NCBI GenBank assembly: GCA_022750155.1
Contig: JAKIWG010000004.1
Span: 20,783-84,782 of the forward strand
Source: Thermoplasmata archaeon
GTDB lineage: Archaea; Thermoplasmatota; Thermoplasmata; Lutacidiplasmatales; UBA184
Reading direction: 5' to 3'
DNA: 64,000 nt
A program made the position numbers and the translations under genes. The stretch's first letter is position 1. Every line of letters starts with the position of its first letter. Below are positions 58,699 through 64,000 of this stretch, piece after piece. The notes under the pieces are model-generated. The model had not been told where the DNA came from. It ran no database searches and saw only the letters and a list, made by a program, of their open reading frames with translations.

Positions 58699-61497
58699 AT
58701 GCGACCGGGGGTCGTCGCCTCGGTTCTCGTCGTTGCCCTACTGTGCTGGGTTCCCATCCACCGGTCCGAGACCCCCCTCTCGCCGACCCCCCCATCCGTC
58801 CCCGCGGGGCCACCGGTGTCGCCGCCCGTCCTTCGCTCGGCCCCCGCGGGTCCGCCGCCTCCCTCGGCGACGGTGCTCCGCGACAGTCTCCTCCAGAATT
58901 TCTCCGGCCCTCGTTCCGACGCGGGGCCTCGTCCCCATTCCGGAGCGGTACCGAACTCCGCCCGTATCGAGACCCCGCCGCCGCCCACGCCGAACACCGT
59001 CCCCACGGTCCAGACGTTTCTCAGTTACTCGCTCGGATGCTGCGTTCAGGAGAATTTCACCGTACCCACCGGAACATGGGAGACGGTCGTCCTCAACTAC
59101 ACCGGGCTCGCCGTGGGCGGCGTCTACGACACCTCGTACAGGGCCTACTTGGACGGGACCCTCGTGCTCTATGGGACGACCCCCGAGTACGGGACCTGGA
59201 CGGTACTCCAGAACCTGTCGGAATACTCCCGGCTCCTCCACGGCGTGGCCAACCTCACGTTCCTGTTGGGGGGTACCACGATCGGCGCGTTCCGGACCAA
59301 CCTCACCCTCTCGTACTATCCGGTGCCGACGGGAGCCTCGCCACCCCCCGCCCCGGACGAGATCATCCCGCTCTGGCTGTTCGAGTCGGTCACTTCCTCC
59401 GGCCAGATGATCTATGCCAACGCGACGGTGCCCTCGAACGTCAGCTCTGCAGTCCTCCAACTCTATGCGTTTCCCTATCAGAGCGACGAGTTCTTCTGGG
59501 ACGGCTCTTCCGGCCCCAACCCCACCGGATTGCGCATCGTGGAGTTCGGCCTGAACTCGACTCCCCTCGGGTCGATCATCCCGTTCCCGTTCATCCAGAC
59601 GGGTAGTGTGGACTTCTATCTCTGGCGTCCGATCTCCGGAGCGTTCACGCTCAACATGCCGGCCTACCAGCTCAACCTGACCGGGGCGCTCGGGGACATC
59701 GAAGGGAACCACCGATTCTGGGCCGACCTCCAGGGCGTCGGGGTCGGCGCGAAGTGGGAGGTCGAGGCCTCCCTTCTCCTCTGGACGAACGCCTCGATCG
59801 TGTCGGCGAGACCTCTCTCCCACAGTTTTACCGGCCCCTCCACGACGACCTCCGGCGGGGTCCAGCGGGCGCAGCTCACGTTCGAGTCGACCAGCGAGAT
59901 CGTCGGTCAGACCCGCTCGTGGAACGCGAGCTCGGCGACCACGATCACCTTCTCCGATGCCCTCGCCCCGGTCGGGTCCGGCAACTGGCAGAACGTCACC
60001 GAGTCGACTGTGTTCTCTGAGACCACGTCCATCGAGACCCCCAAGGGCAACGCGAGCGAAGTGCGGACCTACGGCTTCCCGCTCTCCGTCGACCTCGGGG
60101 CCAAGTTCGTCGAGACCTCCTCGACCGGCGGGGGCTACCCGATCCTCGGGAACTTCACGACGTACATGCTCAACACCCACCAGCAATGGGACGCCTCGGT
60201 CACCTCCTTCGGTCCCTCGCCGGTCGGGCCGGTGATCACCGACCAGCGGCTCACCGACGACCAGCTCGCCGACGCGAGCGGGTACTTTGGAGGGGAGGAG
60301 CAGTTCGCCACCCCGACGAGCAATCCCACCATCCTCGCCTACAACTCCTCCGGCTCCTCCACCACCAAGGAGTACACGGAGACGACCGGGCCCCCGACCG
60401 ATGCCCGGATCTATTCCCACCTGCTCGCGGGCTCGACGCTTCAGCCCGCGCCGCCGTACTTCGCCGAAACGGTCACCGCGGACGTCACCCAGTCGACCCC
60501 GTTCCCATTGCAGGGCACGGTCATCGCCACCCCCTCAGCGATGGATCTCGGGGCCGGGACGGTCCTCAGCGCGACCGCCACCGGCGGGATCGCGCCGTAC
60601 CGGTACTTATGGTCCGGCCTCCCGCCCGGGTGTCTCGGGGCGGGCAACTCCAGCTCGGTCCACTGCACACCCACCACCGCGGGCTCGTTCCAGGTCGTTC
60701 TGCGGGTCCGTGACAGCTCCGGCGCCCTCGGCCCGGACTCCGCCGTCGTGCTGCTGGTGGCCGAACCCCTCTCCGCGCGGTTGATCAGCCCGACGGGGGT
60801 GATCGACCAAGGCGGGAATGCGACGATGTACCCCCTCGTCACGGGCGGGGTGCCTCCATTGGCCTGCCAGTGGGCCGTGAACCGGGTTCAGAGCGCAGGA
60901 AACTGCTCGACCCCGTTCGTCGCATCGGGTCCCGTGGTCGGCACCCTCCTGGTGCAGCTCACGGTCGCCGACGCGACCGGGGCCACGGCGACCTCGCGCC
61001 CGGCGAACATCACCGTCGCTCCGGGCCTGACCGTCGCCGTGTTCCTCACGGCGGCCGGCGTCAGCGTCCATGCCGGCACCCCGGTGAGCGTCTCCGCCGT
61101 CACGACGGGGGGCGCCGGCGCGGTATCGTTCAATTGGACGCTCAACGGGACGTTGCTCAATGGGGCGGGTGGCTCGAACCTGACGTTCGTCCCCGCCGGG
61201 GCGGGAACCTACCAGTTCGCCGTGCTCGCGACGGATGCCTCGGGGAACCAAGTCCTCAGCAACGCGGTCGACCTCAACGTGACTTCGCCCGCTTCCCCCC
61301 GGATCGGGCCCGCGGTCTCCTCGACCTCGGGGTTTCCGGAGTGGGCCGGGTACGCCGCGATTGCCGCCGCGTTGGCTGAACTCGCCGTGCTGGCGTGGGT
61401 GATCGTTCGTCGCCCCCCGCGGCAACCGGCTCCCCGTCCCACGCCGCCGGTCCCGCGCGGGCCGCCACCGGCCGGCCCGCCCCGCGGAGCGAGATAG
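58699..61497 (+). CDS. Surface glycoprotein with N-terminal PNGase-A-like domain, Ig/PKD-like repeats, TM anchor and Pro-rich tail
   Basis: 'WETVVLNYTGLAVGGVYDTSYRAYLDGTLVLYGTTPEYGTWTVLQNLSEYSRLL' follows the pattern of peptide-N4-(N-acetyl-beta-glucosaminyl)asparagine amidase A. Later 'YRYLWSGLPPGC..VHCTP..GSFQVVLRVRDSSG'-type repeats. C-terminal TM helix (YAAIAAALAELAVLAWVIV). Confidence 0.75.
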   Translation: MRPGVVASVLVVALLCWVPIHRSETPLSPTPPSVPAGPPVSPPVLRSAPAGPPPPSATVLRDSLLQNFSGPRSDAGPRPHSGAVPNSARIETPPPPTPNTVPTVQTFLSYSLGCCVQENFTVPTGTWETVVLNYTGLAVGGVYDTSYRAYLDGTLVLYGTTPEYGTWTVLQNLSEYSRLLHGVANLTFLLGGTTIGAFRTNLTLSYYPVPTGASPPPAPDEIIPLWLFESVTSSGQMIYANATVPSNVSSAVLQLYAFPYQSDEFFWDGSSGPNPTGLRIVEFGLNSTPLGSIIPFPFIQTGSVDFYLWRPISGAFTLNMPAYQLNLTGALGDIEGNHRFWADLQGVGVGAKWEVEASLLLWTNASIVSARPLSHSFTGPSTTTSGGVQRAQLTFESTSEIVGQTRSWNASSATTITFSDALAPVGSGNWQNVTESTVFSETTSIETPKGNASEVRTYGFPLSVDLGAKFVETSSTGGGYPILGNFTTYMLNTHQQWDASVTSFGPSPVGPVITDQRLTDDQLADASGYFGGEEQFATPTSNPTILAYNSSGSSTTKEYTETTGPPTDARIYSHLLAGSTLQPAPPYFAETVTADVTQSTPFPLQGTVIATPSAMDLGAGTVLSATATGGIAPYRYLWSGLPPGCLGAGNSSSVHCTPTTAGSFQVVLRVRDSSGALGPDSAVVLLVAEPLSARLISPTGVIDQGGNATMYPLVTGGVPPLACQWAVNRVQSAGNCSTPFVASGPVVGTLLVQLTVADATGATATSRPANITVAPGLTVAVFLTAAGVSVHAGTPVSVSAVTTGGAGAVSFNWTLNGTLLNGAGGSNLTFVPAGAGTYQFAVLATDASGNQVLSNAVDLNVTSPASPRIGPAVSSTSGFPEWAGYAAIAAALAELAVLAWVIVRRPPRQPAPRPTPPVPRGPPPAGPPRGAR

Positions 61498-61504
61498 TTC
61501 TGCA

Positions 61505-61984
61505 TTGACCGAGCTCCGGCGGGCGGGACGAAGGGCGACCAAGGGTGGGATGGGCCCCCGTTCGCGGAGTACCGGCGTGCGCCGGCTGGCCGCCCGAGCG
61601 GTTCGAATTCCCAGAGAAGGGACCGCGCGGGGGAAGGGTTCGCCGAACTCCGGGCCCACCGACTCGATCCCGGCGGTCCTCGAGGCGGTGGGAGCCGCCG
61701 TGGACCGGAACTGTCCGCAGCTTCACCTGAAGGAGAGTTGGGGACAGCCCTGGAGGGCGGGCACGGATCTCGTCGTCTGCTTCGCGGCGTTCACCCATCA
61801 CGTCGGGGTCGAGTTCTGGCGCGGCTCCACCGTGCCGGATCCGGACGGCCTGCTCGAGGGAACGGGCAAGAACCTGCGGCACGTGAAGGTCCGCTCGGTG
61901 GCGGAGGCGCGAACGAACGAGTTCGCCGCACTCCTGCGGGCTGCCGTCCTCCTCGACGAACGAGAGCCGAAGCGCACCCGGTAG
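61505..61984 (+). CDS. DUF1801 (YdhG-like) domain protein
   Basis: 'LKESWGQPWRAG..CFAAFTHHVGVEFWRGSTVPDPDGLLEGTGKNLRHVKVRS' matches the DUF1801 pattern. The start is uncertain (61505, 61550 or an internal GTG). Confidence 0.6.
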   Translation: MTELRRAGRRATKGGMGPRSRSTGVRRLAARAVRIPREGTARGKGSPNSGPTDSIPAVLEAVGAAVDRNCPQLHLKESWGQPWRAGTDLVVCFAAFTHHVGVEFWRGSTVPDPDGLLEGTGKNLRHVKVRSVAEARTNEFAALLRAAVLLDEREPKRTR

Positions 61985-62138
61985 GCCTGACGGGACGAAC
62001 CCCCGGAGACGAAGGACGGATCGCCGCCGGGGTCGGGCGACCCCCGACGAGGCCATCCCTGCCTCGGCCTCGGTGAGCGTCGGGGGCGCAGAACGGATCG
62101 AGAGCGCGCTACCCGCTCCCCCCCCGCGGAATCGGTCG

Positions 62139-63014
62139 CTACTGGACCGTGACCCCCGTAAGCTTGGCACCGCCCCCGAGGTGAGCGAAGTTCAGTCCGA
62201 CACTTCCGCTCGCGCCGCTCAGGGTGGCTGCATAGCAGCTGACGGTCGCCTGAGTTCCACCGGAGAAGCTGGTCACCAGCAGGTAGTGGTGGCCCTTCTG
62301 CAGGGAGACGCTGAACGTCCACGTGAACTTGCTGCTCACCGCGAACGGTCCGGGGGAGCCGACGGTGGCGGAGCTCGTGCACGAGCCGTACGTGCAGTAG
62401 TAGTCCACCGAGCTTGCCTGAGTGACGCCCGCCCAGACGTTGGTGGAGAAGTAGTACTGACCGGTCGACGTGTCGACGAGCGATGCGTACCCCGTGATCA
62501 TCGCAGAAACCGAGCGAGCGCAGTCCCCATAGTACGAGGTGGACGGCACGGAGCACGTCCCGGGAGTAAGGCTGGTGAATCCGTTCGCCGTGAAGGTCCA
62601 CGAGGCATTGACCCAATGCAGGCCGCTGCTCGGGACTCCGACCTTGACCGCCACGTCCATCCCGCCCCCCGCCATCCCGGAGCTGCTCGCACCGGAGGTG
62701 TGGAATCCGGATCCGCACGATCGGGCGGAGGAGGCCGCGGAGAATCCGCCGCTGCCCTTCTGCAGGTCGAACTGGGGTGGGGCGATCTGCTTCGCGTGCC
62801 CCCCACAGCCGCTGGAACTGAAGTAGCTCGACAGCGAGACCGATCCCGAGTAGGGGGCCTTGAACCCGATCGAGGTACCGGACCCGAGGGCCGAGGGAAT
62901 CAAGACCATGAGCAGCGTCAAGACCGAGAGAGTTCCCACCCACGCCCCTGTCCGCAATCCGCCACGCTCTCCCCGCGTCCCGCCGGTCGTACTCGCTGAT
63001 CGAATTCGTCCCAT
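62139..63014 (-). CDS. Secreted Ser/Gly/Thr-rich, Cys-containing protein, unknown family
   Basis: Start trimmed to ATG 63014 (GGGGGAG upstream). Signal peptide (GAWVGTLSVLTLLMVLIPSALG). The mature part has at least 8 Cys and a beta-rich composition. Confidence 0.6.
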   Translation of the reverse strand: MGRIRSASTTGGTRGERGGLRTGAWVGTLSVLTLLMVLIPSALGSGTSIGFKAPYSGSVSLSSYFSSSGCGGHAKQIAPPQFDLQKGSGGFSAASSARSCGSGFHTSGASSSGMAGGGMDVAVKVGVPSSGLHWVNASWTFTANGFTSLTPGTCSVPSTSYYGDCARSVSAMITGYASLVDTSTGQYYFSTNVWAGVTQASSVDYYCTYGSCTSSATVGSPGPFAVSSKFTWTFSVSLQKGHHYLLVTSFSGGTQATVSCYAATLSGASGSVGLNFAHLGGGAKLTGVTVQ

Positions 63015-63514
63015 GCTAGCTCCCCCTGTGGATCCCCCCTCCGGGCGACCCACGGTCGGCGGGGTCGGGAACGGAATCGCAGTACATAGACCTCGGCGAA
63101 GCCGCGACAGGTCCGTCCGCTCCACATAGACCGCGGAGGCTAGCTCGGCCGTGGGGGCAGGGCGCTCGGTGGAGCGGCTCGGCGCCCCCCCCGCGCACAG
63201 TCCCATCGACCCGAACCCGGAGCGCGGGCCATCGAATCCGGGGGACCTCGATCCGGGGTGTGCGAAAGGACTCAGGGCATGCCCGCGCGGCGGACGGGGG
63301 CATCCAAGGGAGGGTGGCCGACTTTCGTTCGGCCGGCGCCGCGGGGCCGCGACTTATGATTCCTCCTCGTGCGGGAACCATGACTCGGGTTGCGCCTCTC
63401 GGTTCCTTTGACCGGCGGGGTCCGAAGCCCGGAGTTCGAGCGTGGGGAAGTTATGAGACGGAATCTCCGGTCCATTTGTAGTCGGAGCCGGTTCGCTGCG
63501 CTGTAAAGGGTCCG

Positions 63515-63763
63515 ATGCGTCCGAATTACCGGTTCGTGCGCATCGTGGCGACTCGCTGGTTGGCCGTCGAGCTCGCGGCCGGGCTCCTGTGCCTGTGCAT
63601 CACGATCGTGGGGGTGAGCGCGATCATCTCGCTGCTCCTTACCCGAAACCTGGCGACGCTCCTCCCGGTGACCCTCGGCTTCGGCTCGACCTCGGCGTGG
63701 CTCGCCAGCCAATCCTGGCCGATCGTGCACGACGCGTGGCACGGGTTCGCCCCCGGTCGTTGA
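63515..63763 (+). CDS. 82-aa two-TM membrane miniprotein
   Basis: ATG start. Helices LAVELAAGLLCLCITIVGVSAIISLLL and LATLLPVTLGFGSTSAWLA. Confidence 0.5.
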   Translation: MRPNYRFVRIVATRWLAVELAAGLLCLCITIVGVSAIISLLLTRNLATLLPVTLGFGSTSAWLASQSWPIVHDAWHGFAPGR

Positions 63764-63851
63764 CCTCCGGCGTGGCCCATGGGCCGCCTACCGACGGACC
63801 GCCTCCACTCCGGGACCACACTTAACTACGGGTCCAGAGGAGGATTCCGCG

Positions 63852-64000
63852 ATGTACGCGCCCCGATTCGCGGTCGCCGCCGTCGTGTTGCTGATGTGCC
63901 TGAGCGGAGGAGCGCTGGCCGGGTCACCCGTTGCGCCGTACGGCGGAATGACTGGGCTTCACGCGGCCGCAGGGGCTCACGGCTTGGCCACTCCGTCCTC
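63852..64000 (+). CDS. Secreted protein, N-terminal fragment (continues beyond the window)
   Basis: The ATG at 63852 is preceded by GAGGAGGA. 'MYAPRFAVAAVVLLMCLSGGALAG' is a signal peptide. The frame stays open to the window end. Confidence 0.55.
   Translation, partial: MYAPRFAVAAVVLLMCLSGGALAGSPVAPYGGMTGLHAAAGAHGLATPS

Overview
High-GC (about two-thirds G+C by eye) archaeal chromosomal segment. It probably comes from an uncultured Thermoplasmatota-like euryarchaeon. Archaeal hallmarks: archaeosine tRNA-guanine transglycosylase, Kae1, Taw1 and Trm5, ApgM, geranylgeranyl reductase, class III pilin-type signal peptides, and TATA-like boxes 21-35 bp upstream of many start codons, which suggests mostly leaderless mRNAs. 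I call about 59 protein genes. They are tightly packed, with many ATGA/GTGA start-stop overlaps. I recognise no rRNA, tRNA, CRISPR array, transposase or integrase. Housekeeping content: PEP synthase, ApgM, a fused 3-hydroxyacyl-CoA dehydrogenase/enoyl-CoA hydratase, SAH hydrolase plus GcvH, a CBS-CGL-CysS-oxidoreductase operon, a DtxR-controlled metal ABC importer, a CopA copper ATPase with YHS domains, SppA, an M29 aminopeptidase, pirin and a UDG. Accessory content that deserves a second look: (1) an RHH regulator, a C-terminally truncated FtsZ/tubulin-like GTPase and a 2-TM miniprotein in one operon; (2) a 407-aa bactofilin-like beta-helix protein with 13 regular 17-residue turns, coupled to a wHTH gene; (3) a zinc-ribbon gene followed by three translationally coupled AIM24/TIGR00266 paralogs, just downstream of a miniprotein plus retropepsin-like protease pair; (4) a BlaI/BlaR1-like four-gene membrane operon; (5) a 14-kb island of giant sequon-rich surface proteins (Kelch propellers, Ig-like repeats, InlB-B-type repeats, a PNGase-A-like domain) around a TrmB-like regulator with a perfect inverted repeat in its promoter; (6) surface proteins with cytoplasmic zinc-ribbon tails; (7) several unusually long GC-rich non-coding gaps (43.2-43.5 kb, 45.4-45.7 kb, 63.0-63.5 kb) with nested stems or palindromes that may encode unclassified RNAs. 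Most long ORFs in the six-frame track are Arg/Gly/Pro-rich shadow ORFs typical of high-GC DNA and were rejected. All family assignments rest on motif recognition by eye. No database search was run.
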